Assembly: GCA_021793575.1 (NCBI GenBank)
Contig: JAJYSM010000001.1
Coordinates: 3,371 to 67,370 of the forward strand
Direction: 5' to 3'
Source of the DNA: Pseudomonadota bacterium
Lineage (GTDB): Bacteria; Pseudomonadota; Gammaproteobacteria; Xanthomonadales; Rhodanobacteraceae
Length of the DNA stretch: 64,000 bases
Shown here: piece after piece, positions 53,367-63,708 of the stretch
How the letters are laid out: every line of letters starts with the position of its first letter
Position numbering within the stretch: the first letter of the stretch is position 1
Program-made: the position numbers and the translations under genes
Notes under the pieces: generated by a model
What the model saw: the letters and a program-made list of their open reading frames with translations, nothing else
The model's database searches: none
What the model was told of the DNA's origin: nothing

Positions 53367-54374
53367 TCAGTCATGTCCGCGCTCCAGCGGCAGGTACAGC
53401 GTGAACACCGTCTCGCCGGGCCGGCTGGCGCAGCGCAATTCGCCGCCGTGCTCGCGCGCGATTTCGCGCGACAGCGCCAGCCCCAGCCCGCTGCCGTCGG
53501 CACGGCCCGATACCAGCGGCTGAAACAACGTGTCGCGCAGTGCGGCCGGCACCCCATGGCCGTCGTCGATCACGTCCACCCGCAAGGCCATGCGCAGGCT
53601 GCGCTCGCCCAGCCGCAGGCCATGCTCGACGCGCGTGCGCAGGGTGAGCGTGGCGGCGCCGGCCTCGCGCGCGTTGCGGGCCAGATTCAGCAGCACCTGC
53701 TGCAGCCGATCGGCATCACCGAGCAGATCCGGCACGCTCGGGTCGTAGTCGTGACGCAGCTGCAGCGGCGCCGGCTCGGCCTGCAACAGCTCGCCAAGCC
53801 GCTGCAGCAGGTGGTGGATATTCACCGGTACCAGCCGCGGCGCGCCGTCGTGATGCAGCAACCGGTTGGCCAGCGCATCGAGCCGGTCGGCCTCGCCAAT
53901 GATCAGGCCCGCCAGCGCCTGCAACTCGTCGCTGCCGACCCGCCGCTGCAGCAGTTGCGCGGCGCCACGCAGCCCGGCCAGCGGGTTCTTCACCTCATGC
54001 GCAAAGCCGCGCAAGGTGGCCGACAATGGCGAGCTTGCCGAAGGCGGCTCGGCCAGTGCATGCACCTCCAGCAGCAGGCCGTCCTCGAACGGCTGCAGCG
54101 CAATGTCCACCGTGGTTTCGTGACCGGCGGCGGTGTGCAAGGTGCCGCCGCGCCACTGCAGCGAGCGTTTCTGCGCGAGCGCCCGCGCCGCCAGTGCCTG
54201 CCCTTCCGGCTCCTGCAGCAGCAGCGCCAGCGGCTGCCCCACCGCACTGCGCGGACCCAGCTCCAGCCATTCCGCCAGCGCCGGATTGATCCAGCGCAGG
54301 CGCAGCTGCGGATCGACCAGCGCCACCCCGGTCGCCATCTGCCCCGCCCACTCGCGCCAGCTCGTCTCAGTCAT
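53367..54374 (-). CDS. ntrB: PAS sensor histidine kinase NtrB
   Basis: AHEVKNPLAGLRGAAQL H-box, LLNLARNA, DDGHG, FQPLVSGRADGSGLGL. Confidence 0.9.
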   Translation of the reverse strand: MTETSWREWAGQMATGVALVDPQLRLRWINPALAEWLELGPRSAVGQPLALLLQEPEGQALAARALAQKRSLQWRGGTLHTAAGHETTVDIALQPFEDGLLLEVHALAEPPSASSPLSATLRGFAHEVKNPLAGLRGAAQLLQRRVGSDELQALAGLIIGEADRLDALANRLLHHDGAPRLVPVNIHHLLQRLGELLQAEPAPLQLRHDYDPSVPDLLGDADRLQQVLLNLARNAREAGAATLTLRTRVEHGLRLGERSLRMALRVDVIDDGHGVPAALRDTLFQPLVSGRADGSGLGLALSREIAREHGGELRCASRPGETVFTLYLPLERGHD

Positions 54375-54408
54375 TGCACCATGATGGACAATGCGTGGAT
54401 TTGGTGCA
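54375..54408. promoter_or_regulatory. NtrC-box-like half-sites directly upstream of ntrB
   Basis: TGCACCA (54375-81) and TGGTGCA (54402-08), inverted with a 20-bp spacer. Confidence 0.45.
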
Positions 54409-54700
54409 ATTGCCTCTGATTCCGTGCCGGCGGCACCAGGCTGTCGTTGATCAAAACACCAACGAGTGCGTCTGCCAGACGTCTCCGGCCTGACGCACAT
54501 GAGCTATCGACGCCGTGCCCTGATGGTGAATAGCTACACCATAGCTACCGCAGTGACTGGCAGCAAACCAGCGACGTGTCTCTAACATTGGCGACTGGTT
54601 ACCGGTGCTTCGCCGAGGCAACCGGCCAGCGAGGCGCTGCCGGCACCGCGCATCTCCATCGTTTAGCCGCCCAGATGAAAATCGAGCACGGACGCCGACG

Positions 54701-57700
54701 CTAGCCCGCGCTGGCCGGTCGGGCCGGTCGGGCCGGTCGGAGCGCGCGGCCGGCGCGCCGCTCGCGCCGCCGCGCACTCCACGCCTTGCGCCGCGCGGCG
54801 AGGCAGGAGAACACCACGTACAGCGCCGGGGTGCTGAGCAGGGTCAAGGTCTGCGAGATCAGCAGGCCGCCGATCAGCGCGATGCCGAGCGGCCGGCGCA
54901 GCTCGGAGCCTTCGCCCAGGCCGATCGCCAGCGGCAGCGCGGCGAGGATCGCCACCATGGTGGTCATCATGATCGGCCGGAAGCGCACGATGCACGCCTC
55001 ACGCGCGGCGTGCAGCGGCGTCCTGCCGTGCTCGCGCTCGGCCACCAGCGCGAAGTCGATCATCATGATCGCGTTTTTCTTGACGATGCCGATCAGCAGC
55101 ACCAGCGCGATCTGCGCCACCACCGACAGCTCGGTGCCGGTCAGCCACAGCGCCAGCAGCGCGCCGACGCCGGCCGCCGGCAGGGTGGACAGGATGGTGA
55201 CCGGATGGATCAGGTTCTCGTACAGCATGCCGAGCACGATGTAGACGGTAAGCACCGCCGCCAGCACCAGCCACAGCATGCCGCTCTGCGACTGCTGGAA
55301 GCGGCGGAAATCGGCGCCCACGTTGAGCTTGATGTCGCCGGGCATGCGCATGTTGTCGACCGTGCTCTGGATGATCGCCAGCGCCTGGCCCATGCTCACG
55401 CCGGGCGCCAGGTTGAAGCTCAGATCCATCGTGGTGTACTGGTTCCAGTGGCGGATCTGCGAGGGCGCCAGCCCCGGCACCTGGTGCGCGAAGGCGGTGA
55501 TCGGGATCATCCTGCCGCTGCTGGATGACACGTAGAGCTGGCTGATCGCGTCGGTGGTGGCGGTCTGGCTGGGCAGCGCGTTGATCACCACCTTGTACTG
55601 GTTGATGTCGGAGTAGATGGTCGACACCTGGCGCTGGCCGAAGGCGTCGTACAGCGCGCCGTCCACCGCGCCGACCGACACGCCCAGCCGCGCGGCCTTA
55701 TCACGGTCGATCACGATGTTCTGGCGCAGGCCGGCCTCGTCGACATCGGTGCCGACGTCGCGCAGCATCGGGTTCTTCGCCAGCTGCGCCTGCAGCCGGG
55801 GCAGCCACTTTTGCAACGCGGCCGAGTCGTTGCCCTGCAGCGACACCTGGTACTGCGCGCCCTGGCTGGTGCCGCCCCCGCCGCCGCTGGGCAGATCCTG
55901 CAGCGGGCGCAGGCGCAGGTTGAGGTCGGGGTACTGGTCGGCCTTGGCGCTCAGCCGCGCCAGCACCGCGAAGGTGTCGTCGGTGCGGCCCTGCGCGCGG
56001 GTCTTCAGGTCGATGTTGAACGAGCCGCTGGTGCCCTGGCGGCTGCTGCCCAGGCGCGAGCCGACGGTGGCCACGTCCGGATCGGCCATCAGCATCGCGG
56101 TGAGTCGCTGCATGCGGTGCTCGCTCTCGGCGAACGAGACGGTGGCGCTGGAGCTGGCGCGGCCCCAGATCAGGCCGGTGTCCTGCGGCGGAAACAGCCC
56201 AGTCTTGACCACGCCGAGCAGAAAGAAAGTGGCCACGATCAGCAGCAGCGGCGTCAGCGACAGCAGCAGCACGTGGCGCAGCGAGAAATCCAGCGCCCGC
56301 GTGTAGACGCGCAGCATGCGTGCGTGGAAGCCGTCCAGCGCCCGGCTGAGCCGCGACGGCGGTCGCGACGGCGGCGCCGCATGCCCGCTCAGGAAGCGGC
56401 CGCACAGCGCTGGCGTCAGCGTCAGCGAGACCGCCGCCGACACCACGATCGCCGCCACCAGGGTGATCGCAAACTCGTGCATGAACATGCCGGTGATGCC
56501 GCCGGCGAACAGCAGCGGGATGAACACCGCCACCAGCGAGGCGGTGATCGAGACGATGGTGAAGCCGATCTCCTGCGCGCCGGCCAGCGTGGCCTGCATG
56601 CGCGTCATGCCCTGATCGATGTGGCGGATGATGTTCTCGATCACCACGATGGCGTCGTCCACCACGAAGCCGATCGCGATCACCAGCGCCAGCAGGGTGA
56701 GGTTGTTGAGCGTGTAGCCGAGCACGTACATCACCACGAACGCGCCGGCCAGCGCCAGCGGCACCGTCACCGCGGCGATCAGGGTCGGCGCCAGCCGGCG
56801 CAGGAACAGCGCCATCGTCAGGATCACCATCGCCAGCGAGATCAGCAGCGACACCTGCACCTCGTGCAGCGAGGCGCGGATGGTCGGCGTGCCGTCGAAG
56901 AACGGCGTCACCTCGGTACCCGGCTGCAGGAAGGTGCGCAGCACCGGCAGCTGCGCGCGCACCCGGTCGACCGTGGCGATCACGTTGGCGTCGGCCTTCC
57001 TGTAGACGTACATCAGCACCGCCGGCTTGCCGCGGAACCAGGCCGCCTGGTACGCGTCCTGCTGGCCGGCGTAGACGTGCGCCACCTCGTCCAGCCGTAC
57101 CGGCGTGCCGTTGTGGCTGGCGATCACCAGCCGGGCGAACTGCGCGGCGGTGTTCAGCTGGGTGGTGGCGCTGATCGTCATGGTGGTCTTGCCGTCCGAC
57201 AGCGAGCCCTCCGGCGAGGTGACGTTGGCCGCGGTCAGCGCGTTGCGCAGCTGATCGGGCGACAGCCCCAGCGCGTTCAGCGCGCGCAGGTTCACGTCGA
57301 CGCGGATCGCCGGCGTGGCAGCGCCGGCGATCTCCACCGACGACACCCCCGGCAGCTGCCGCAACCGCTGCGCCAGCAGGCTGTCGGCCACGTTGTAGAG
57401 GTCGGCCGCCGACTGCGTGTCCGAGGTCAGCGCGAACGCGATCACCGGGTCGTCGTTGGGGTTGGCCTTCTGGTAGCTGGGCGTGCCGTTGAGGCCGGCG
57501 GGCAGGTCCGGCGCCGCCGCGTTGATCGCCGCCTGCACCGCGCGCGCGGCGGCGTCGAGGTTGGTGCCGTTCTGGAACAGCATGAACACGAACGTGCTGC
57601 CCTCGGAGCTGGACGAGCGCATCGTGTCGATGCCCGGCACCTGGCCCAGGTGCCGCTCCAGCGGGGCGGCCACCGTGGCGGCCATGGTGCTGGCATCGGC

Positions 57701-57859
57701 GCCGGCCTCGCTGGCCTGCACGAAGATCGCCGGGAACTGCAGGTTCGGCAGCGCCGCCACGCCGAGCAGGAAATAGCTGATGGTGCCAGCCACCAGCAGC
57801 CCGATCGCCAGCAGCGAGGTGCCGATCGGACGGCGGATGAAAAGGCCGGAGAGGTTCAT
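54701..57859 (-). CDS. mdtC: RND permease MdtC
   Basis: MNLSGLFIRRPIGTSLL, KANPNDDP, VVDDAIVVIENI, KKNAIMMIDFA; follows mdtB. Confidence 0.9.
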   Translation of the reverse strand: MNLSGLFIRRPIGTSLLAIGLLVAGTISYFLLGVAALPNLQFPAIFVQASEAGADASTMAATVAAPLERHLGQVPGIDTMRSSSSEGSTFVFMLFQNGTNLDAAARAVQAAINAAAPDLPAGLNGTPSYQKANPNDDPVIAFALTSDTQSAADLYNVADSLLAQRLRQLPGVSSVEIAGAATPAIRVDVNLRALNALGLSPDQLRNALTAANVTSPEGSLSDGKTTMTISATTQLNTAAQFARLVIASHNGTPVRLDEVAHVYAGQQDAYQAAWFRGKPAVLMYVYRKADANVIATVDRVRAQLPVLRTFLQPGTEVTPFFDGTPTIRASLHEVQVSLLISLAMVILTMALFLRRLAPTLIAAVTVPLALAGAFVVMYVLGYTLNNLTLLALVIAIGFVVDDAIVVIENIIRHIDQGMTRMQATLAGAQEIGFTIVSITASLVAVFIPLLFAGGITGMFMHEFAITLVAAIVVSAAVSLTLTPALCGRFLSGHAAPPSRPPSRLSRALDGFHARMLRVYTRALDFSLRHVLLLSLTPLLLIVATFFLLGVVKTGLFPPQDTGLIWGRASSSATVSFAESEHRMQRLTAMLMADPDVATVGSRLGSSRQGTSGSFNIDLKTRAQGRTDDTFAVLARLSAKADQYPDLNLRLRPLQDLPSGGGGGTSQGAQYQVSLQGNDSAALQKWLPRLQAQLAKNPMLRDVGTDVDEAGLRQNIVIDRDKAARLGVSVGAVDGALYDAFGQRQVSTIYSDINQYKVVINALPSQTATTDAISQLYVSSSSGRMIPITAFAHQVPGLAPSQIRHWNQYTTMDLSFNLAPGVSMGQALAIIQSTVDNMRMPGDIKLNVGADFRRFQQSQSGMLWLVLAAVLTVYIVLGMLYENLIHPVTILSTLPAAGVGALLALWLTGTELSVVAQIALVLLIGIVKKNAIMMIDFALVAEREHGRTPLHAAREACIVRFRPIMMTTMVAILAALPLAIGLGEGSELRRPLGIALIGGLLISQTLTLLSTPALYVVFSCLAARRKAWSARRRERRAGRALRPARPARPASAG

Positions 57860-57982
57860 GGGCGGGGCGTGACCGGATGGCTGTCGGCGACATGCCGGGC
57901 AGGGCGTGCATGCATCATCCCACCCTCAACGCGTGACCCGCAAAATGGTTGATCCGCATACCACCTTGTGGGAGCAGCTTCA

Positions 57983-58067
57983 GCAGTGGGAGCGACTTCA
58001 GTCGCGATGCCTTTGCTTCGATGCAGCATCAGAGCAAAAGCATCGCGACTGAAGTCGCTCCCACTGC
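57983..58067. repeat. REP inverted pair (same family as 53262)
   Basis: GCAGTGGGAGCGACTTCAGTCGCGATGC ... GCATCGCGACTGAAGTCGCTCCCACTGC, plus a degenerate TGTGGGAGC half at 57967. Confidence 0.9.
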
Positions 58068-58075
58068 CAGGGACA

Positions 58076-61000
58076 TCATCCAGCGCTGTGATGGGCCACT
58101 CTCAGCGCGCGCTGCTCGCGGCGCAGCCGCAGCCAGTCGGAGAACCGCTCCATGTACAGGTAGATCACCGGCGTGGTGTACAGCGTCACCAGCTGCGACA
58201 GCAGCAGGCCGCCGACGATCGCCACGCCCAACGGGCGGCGCAGCTCCGAGCCGATGCCGTTGCCCAGCGCCAGCGGCAGCGCACCCAGCATCGCCGCGGC
58301 GGTGGTCATCATGATCGGGCGAAAGCGCAGCAGGCAGGCGCGGCGGATCGCGTCGCGCGCATTCATGCCGTTGCGCCGCGCCTCGATCGCGAAGTCGATC
58401 ATCATGATCGCGTTCTTCTTGACGATGCCGATCAGCAGCACGATGCCGACGATGCCGTCCACCGACAGGCTCATGCCGCAGATGATCAGCGCCAGCAGCG
58501 CGCCGACGCCGGCCGGCGGCAGCGTGGAGATGATCGTCAGCGGGTGGATGTAGCTCTCGTACAGCACGCCCAGCACGATGTAGATCACCACGATCGCGGC
58601 CAGCAGCAACAGCACTTCGTCGCCAAGCGAGGAGGTGAACTCGGCCGCCTTGCCGACGAACTCGCCGCGCACCTGCGGCGGAAACTTCAGCTGCGCCTCG
58701 ATCTGGTGGATCGCCGATACCGCGTCGGACAGCGAGTAGCCCGGCGCCACGTTGAACGACAGCGTCACCGCCGGCAGCTGCTGCTGGTGGCTGATCACCA
58801 GCGGCGCGCTGGTGATCTGGGCGCTGGCCAGCGAGGACAGCGGAATGGTGCCGCCGGCGCCGATCTGGAAGCCCACGTTGCCGGTGTTGCCGATGCCCGA
58901 GGGGGTGGCCGAGTTGCTCGACTTGACCTGGCCGAAGCTGGTCGCGTTGCTGCCGGTGAGCGCGCCGTTGCCATTGCCGCGCACGGTCAGCTTGGTCAGC
59001 AAATCGTTGCTGTTGCGAAACTCCGGCGCCACCTCCAGCACCACCCGGTACTGGTTGAGCTGGGTGAAGATGGTGGAGATCTGGCGCTGGCCGAAGGCGT
59101 CGTACAGCGTGTCGTCGATGGTCTGCACCGGCACGCCGAGGCGACTGGCCTTTTCGCGGTCGATGGTGAGCTTGAGCGCATTGCCGTTGTCGGCGAGGTT
59201 GTTGTCGACGTCAGCCAGCTCCGGCCGCTGGCGCATCGCCTGGGTCATCTGCGCGGCGTAGCCGGCCAGCTCGGTGGCATTCACCTCGGACAGCGAGTAC
59301 TGGTATTCGGTGGCCGAGACCGTGCTGTCCAGCGTCACGTCCTGCACTGGCTTCAGGTACAGCGCCACGCCGGGGATGTCGGCCACCTCGCGCTGCAGCC
59401 GCGGCAGCAGCTTGTCCAGGCCGTCGCGCTGGCTGCGCTCCTTCAGCACGATGCTGAGCTGGCCCTGGTTGAGCGTGGGGTTGATCGTGCCCGCGCCGAT
59501 GAACGCGGCCACGCCGGCCACCGCCGGGTCCTTGCGCAGCGCGTCGGCCACCGCCTGGGTGCGCCGCTCCATCTGCGGAAACGCGATGTTGTCGTCTGCC
59601 TGCACCACGCCGGTGATCAGCCCGGTGTCCTGCTCGGGCAGCAGGCTCTTGGGAATGGCGATGTACAGGAACACCGTCACCGCCACGCTGATCGCCGCCA
59701 CCAGCATGGTCAGCCGCCGATGATCGAGCACCCAGTCGAGCGAACGCTCGTAGGCGCCGACGATACGCGACCACACGGTGCGCCGGCCAGCAGCGGCGTG
59801 GCGCTCGTGCGCATCGTCGCCCTCGGGTAGTTGGTCGGGCTTGAGCAGGTAGGCGCACATCATCGGGGTGAGCGTCAGCGACACCAGCATCGAGATGCTC
59901 ACCGCGATCGTCAGCACCCAGGCGAATTCGTGGAACAGCCGGCCGGTGACCCCGGGCATCAGCAGCAGCGGCAGGAACACCGCCACCAGCGACACCGTCA
60001 GCGACAGCACGGTGAAGCCGATTTCCTTGGCGCCGATCTCGGCCGCCTCAGGGCCGCTCTTGCCCTGCTCGATGTAGCGCACGATGTTCTCGATCATCAC
60101 GATCGCATCGTCGACCACGAAGCCGGTGGCCACGGTCAGCGCCATCAGCGACAGGTTGTCCAGCGACATGCCGGTGAACGACATGACCCCGAACGTGCCC
60201 AGCAGCGACAGCGGCACCGCCACCGACGGAATCACCGTGGCCCACAACCGGCGCAGGAACACGAAGATCACGCCGACCACCAGGAACACGGTGAGGATCA
60301 GGGTGAACTCCACGTCATGCACCGAGGCGCGGATGGTCACCGTGCGATCGGCGAACACGTCCAGATGCACGTCGGCCGGCAGCGCGCTGCGCAGTTCCGG
60401 CAGGATCGCGCGGATCTGCTGCACCGTCTGCACGATGTTGGCGCCGGGCTGGCGGCGGATGTCCAGCAGCACCGCCGGTTTGCCGTTGGCCCATGCGGCG
60501 AGCTGGTCGTTCTCCACGCCGTCGACCACGCTGGCGACGTCCTTGAGCCGCACCGGCGCGTTGTTCTTGTAGCTGATGATGGTGTTCTTGTATTCGGCCG
60601 CGTCGGTGAGCTGGTCGTTGGTGCCGATCGAGTAGCTCTGCGTCTTGCCGTTCAGGGTGCCCTTGGGCGCGTTGACGTTGGCCTGGGTCAGCGCGCTGCG
60701 CACGTCCTCCATGGTCAGGCCGAGGTTGGCCAGCTGCGCCGGGTTCACCTGCACGCGCACAGCCGGGCGCACGTTGCCGGCGATCGACACCAGCCCCACG
60801 CCCTGCACCTGCGACAGCTTCTGCGCCAGGATCGAGTCGGCCAGGTCGTTGACGTCGCGCAGCGGGCGGCTGTTCGACTGCAGCGACAGCGTGAGGATCG
60901 GCGCATCGGCCGGATTGACGCGGTTGTACACCGGCGGATACGGCAGGTTACCGGGCAGCGTGCCCTTGGCCTGGTTGATCGCGGCCTGCACGTCCTGCGC

Positions 61001-61312
61001 GGCGATGTCGATGTCGCGGTCCATCCCGAACTGCAGCACGATGGTGGACAGCCCGGCGGAGGAATCCGAGCTCATCATGGTCAGGCCGGAGATCTGCCCC
61101 AGGTTGCGCTCCAGCGGCGTGGTGATCAGCGACGCCATGGTGGTGGCGCTGGCGCCCGGATACTGCGTGGTCACCACCAGGCTGGGCGCCTCGATCTCCG
61201 GCAGCGCCGACACCGGCAGCTGGCGGAAGCCGAGGATGCCAAGCAGCAGCACCGCCACCATCAGCAGCGAGGTGGCGATCGGCCGGCGAATGAAGAGCGT
61301 CGAGAATCCCAT
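58076..61312 (-). CDS. mdtB: RND permease MdtB
   Basis: FIRRPIATSLLM, PYPPVYNRVNPADAP, YESYIHPLTIISTLP. Confidence 0.9.
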   Translation of the reverse strand: MGFSTLFIRRPIATSLLMVAVLLLGILGFRQLPVSALPEIEAPSLVVTTQYPGASATTMASLITTPLERNLGQISGLTMMSSDSSAGLSTIVLQFGMDRDIDIAAQDVQAAINQAKGTLPGNLPYPPVYNRVNPADAPILTLSLQSNSRPLRDVNDLADSILAQKLSQVQGVGLVSIAGNVRPAVRVQVNPAQLANLGLTMEDVRSALTQANVNAPKGTLNGKTQSYSIGTNDQLTDAAEYKNTIISYKNNAPVRLKDVASVVDGVENDQLAAWANGKPAVLLDIRRQPGANIVQTVQQIRAILPELRSALPADVHLDVFADRTVTIRASVHDVEFTLILTVFLVVGVIFVFLRRLWATVIPSVAVPLSLLGTFGVMSFTGMSLDNLSLMALTVATGFVVDDAIVMIENIVRYIEQGKSGPEAAEIGAKEIGFTVLSLTVSLVAVFLPLLLMPGVTGRLFHEFAWVLTIAVSISMLVSLTLTPMMCAYLLKPDQLPEGDDAHERHAAAGRRTVWSRIVGAYERSLDWVLDHRRLTMLVAAISVAVTVFLYIAIPKSLLPEQDTGLITGVVQADDNIAFPQMERRTQAVADALRKDPAVAGVAAFIGAGTINPTLNQGQLSIVLKERSQRDGLDKLLPRLQREVADIPGVALYLKPVQDVTLDSTVSATEYQYSLSEVNATELAGYAAQMTQAMRQRPELADVDNNLADNGNALKLTIDREKASRLGVPVQTIDDTLYDAFGQRQISTIFTQLNQYRVVLEVAPEFRNSNDLLTKLTVRGNGNGALTGSNATSFGQVKSSNSATPSGIGNTGNVGFQIGAGGTIPLSSLASAQITSAPLVISHQQQLPAVTLSFNVAPGYSLSDAVSAIHQIEAQLKFPPQVRGEFVGKAAEFTSSLGDEVLLLLAAIVVIYIVLGVLYESYIHPLTIISTLPPAGVGALLALIICGMSLSVDGIVGIVLLIGIVKKNAIMMIDFAIEARRNGMNARDAIRRACLLRFRPIMMTTAAAMLGALPLALGNGIGSELRRPLGVAIVGGLLLSQLVTLYTTPVIYLYMERFSDWLRLRREQRALRVAHHSAG

Positions 61313-61399
61313 GGCTATCCGTAACGTGTTGGTGCGGCCGCCGCCGCGATCATGGCCGGACGGTGGCGGACGGGGTCATGCGCGCAGCGCGCTGTGCCA

Positions 61400-62620
61400 T
61401 CAGTGGTGGCGCATGTTGCCGCCCTTGCTGTCCTTCTTCGCCTTGTCCAGCTGCGCCGCGGTGGGTGCGGCCGGCACCTGGCCCGGCTTGAGCGCGTTGA
61501 CCTTGCTGCCCGGCTTGAGCCGGAACTGGCCCTCGGTCACCACCTGCTCGCCGACCTTGAGGCCGCTGCTGATCATCACGTGGCTGTCGCCCACCTCGCC
61601 GGCCACCAGCACCGGCTGCATCTTGACCGTGCTGTCGGCCTGCACCTGGTACACGTAGTCGCCGTCCGGGCCGCGCTGCACCGCCTGCGCCGGAATCACC
61701 AGACCGCCGTCGACGGTGTTGACCAGCAGCCGCACGTTGACGAACTGCCCCGGCCACAGCTCGTTCTTGCTGTTCGGAAACTGCGACTTCAGCCGGAACG
61801 TGCCGGTGGTGGCGTCGATCTGGTTGTCGATCACCTTCAGCACGCCGTCGCTGGCGATGGCATGCGCGTCGACCCGGTCGAGCGCGGTGACCTGCAGCGG
61901 CGTGGCGCCGAGCGCCGCCTTGCGCACCAGGTCGAGGTTCTGCTCGGGCAGGCTGAACATCACGTAGATCGGATGCAGCTGGGTCAGCGTGACGATGGCG
62001 GTGCCGGTGCTCACCACGTTGCCCGGATCGACGCCGCGGATACCGGCCAGGCCGTCGATCGGCGAGTGGATCTGGGTGTAGTCGAGCTGCACCTTGGCGT
62101 CGCGGATGGCCGCGTCGTCGGCCGCCACCGCCGCCTGGTACTGGGTGACGGTGTTCTTCTGCGTGACCTGGTCGATCTTCGCCACGTACTGGCTGTACTT
62201 GGGGTCCTGCGAGCGGTCGTAGTTGCTGCGCGCCGTGGCCAGCAGCGCCTCGTCCTGGCTGCGCTTGCCCAGCGCCTGGTCGTAGCTGGCCTGGAACGTG
62301 CGCGGATCGATCTGCGCCAGCACCTCGCCCTTCTTCACCGGCTGGCCCTCGGTGAAATTCAGGCTCAGCAGCAGGCCGGCCACCTGCGGGTTGACGGTGA
62401 TCGTGTTGAGCGCCTGCACCGTGCCCAGCGCGGTGAGGTAGACCGGCACGTTCTGCCGCACCACCGGCACCACGGTAACCGGCACCGGGGTGGCATCACC
62501 GCCTTCCTTACCCGCGGCCGACGCGGCCGAGCCGCCCGGCTTGTGCAGCAGCCGAAAGCCGACCGCGGCCACCACGATCACGGCAAGCACGATCAACGCG
62601 ATCTTCCAAAAACGCGACAT
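61400..62620 (-). CDS. mdtA: RND membrane-fusion protein MdtA
   Basis: N-terminal TM, ALGTVQA, SPIDGLAGIR, DNQIDATTGT, LWPGQFVN. Confidence 0.9.
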   Translation of the reverse strand: MSRFWKIALIVLAVIVVAAVGFRLLHKPGGSAASAAGKEGGDATPVPVTVVPVVRQNVPVYLTALGTVQALNTITVNPQVAGLLLSLNFTEGQPVKKGEVLAQIDPRTFQASYDQALGKRSQDEALLATARSNYDRSQDPKYSQYVAKIDQVTQKNTVTQYQAAVAADDAAIRDAKVQLDYTQIHSPIDGLAGIRGVDPGNVVSTGTAIVTLTQLHPIYVMFSLPEQNLDLVRKAALGATPLQVTALDRVDAHAIASDGVLKVIDNQIDATTGTFRLKSQFPNSKNELWPGQFVNVRLLVNTVDGGLVIPAQAVQRGPDGDYVYQVQADSTVKMQPVLVAGEVGDSHVMISSGLKVGEQVVTEGQFRLKPGSKVNALKPGQVPAAPTAAQLDKAKKDSKGGNMRHH

Positions 62621-62991
62621 GGTGAAACTCCTGAACTGTGCGGCGCTGCGGGCCTGCATTCGATCCCGCAGCATGCGTAACGGATGTGTCGGGAGATGGT
62701 CGGGTCATGCCCGATCCCGAACCGCCTGGACACCCAGCGGCCCGAAAGGGCTCCTGCTGGGTCAAAGCATAGGGGCAGACGAACGAACTTGAACAATGCC
62801 AGTTGACAGGGGTGGGGCATGACCGATGGCAGGGTTGGTGAGCCATGGCAGTGTCCGCTGCGCGGACCACGCCAGCCGTCGCGCCAGGCACGAAGCCTGA
62901 AACTTGTCGTGTGCTTCGCTTATAATCCGCGTCTGGTCGCCTGCCTGCTCCCGTCCGAAAGCTGCAGCGCCACATGACACAACGGCCGCGA

Positions 62992-63033
62992 TCCGGCAGG
63001 TGCGGCCACCCAGGCCGACCTGGGAGTGCCGGA
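62992..63033 (+). ncRNA. Putative structured RNA in the long leader of the cytochrome c5 gene
   Basis: TCCGGCA/TGCCGGA, CAGGT/ACCTG and CGGCC/GGCCG nested stems, downstream of TATAAT at 62921. Confidence 0.35.
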
Positions 63034-63117
63034 GCGGTGCCACAGAACACAGGCCAACCAGGCAGATCGGCGCAGCCCTCACGGCTGCCCGGCCCGCCCC
63101 CTGACAGGAGTACGTGC

Positions 63118-63651
63118 GTGAGCGGTTCCATAAGCAAATCCGACCAGAGCGTCATCCGCCAGTTTTCCGTGATGATCGGCGGCTTGATCGCGCTGACCCT
63201 GCTGCTGATCTTTCTGGCGCTGCTGATCTACCGGCACGAGCCGAAGGAAACCAATCCGAACCAGGCAGCGCAGGTGGCCGAGCGGATCGCGCCGACCGGC
63301 GCCGTCTACGCCGGCAACACCGGCATGGCGGCGATGCAGGCGGCCGCGGCCGCCGCAGCCAAGGCCGCTGCTTCGCAGGTCGCCTATGGCGGCACCACCG
63401 ACGGCAAGACCATCTACGACCAGCTGTGCACCAGCTGCCACACCGCCGGCATCGCCGGCGCGCCGAAGCTGGGCAACCAGGCCATGTGGGCACCGCGTAT
63501 CGCGCAGGGCATCGACACCCTGATCAAGCATGCCACCGAGGGCTACCACGGCCCGGACGGCAACTTCATGCCGCCCAAGGGCGGCAACCCCGCGCTCACC
63601 GATGCGCAGGTCAAGGCCGCGGTGACCTGGATCGTCAGCCAGGCCAAGTAA
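63118..63651 (+). CDS. Cytochrome c5 family (membrane-anchored, single heme)
   Basis: N-terminal TM, ERIAPTGAV, CTSCH, GAPKLG, MPPKGGNPAL; GTG start after ACAGGAG. Confidence 0.9.
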   Translation: MSGSISKSDQSVIRQFSVMIGGLIALTLLLIFLALLIYRHEPKETNPNQAAQVAERIAPTGAVYAGNTGMAAMQAAAAAAAKAAASQVAYGGTTDGKTIYDQLCTSCHTAGIAGAPKLGNQAMWAPRIAQGIDTLIKHATEGYHGPDGNFMPPKGGNPALTDAQVKAAVTWIVSQAK

Positions 63652-63676
63652 GCCAAGCTCCCATCGATTCACACCC

Positions 63677-63699
63677 ACGCCGCCTCCGGGCGGCGTTTT
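63677..63699 (+). terminator. Rho-independent terminator
   Basis: ACGCCGCC-TCCG-GGCGGCGT followed by TTT. Confidence 0.7.
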
Positions 63700-63708
63700 C
63701 GTTTGCCG

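Noticed and set aside
62780-62812. TPP-riboswitch-like GAACTTGA...AATGCCAG string
   Set aside because: It lacks the CTGAGA element and P2/P3 architecture, and no thiamine gene is adjacent.
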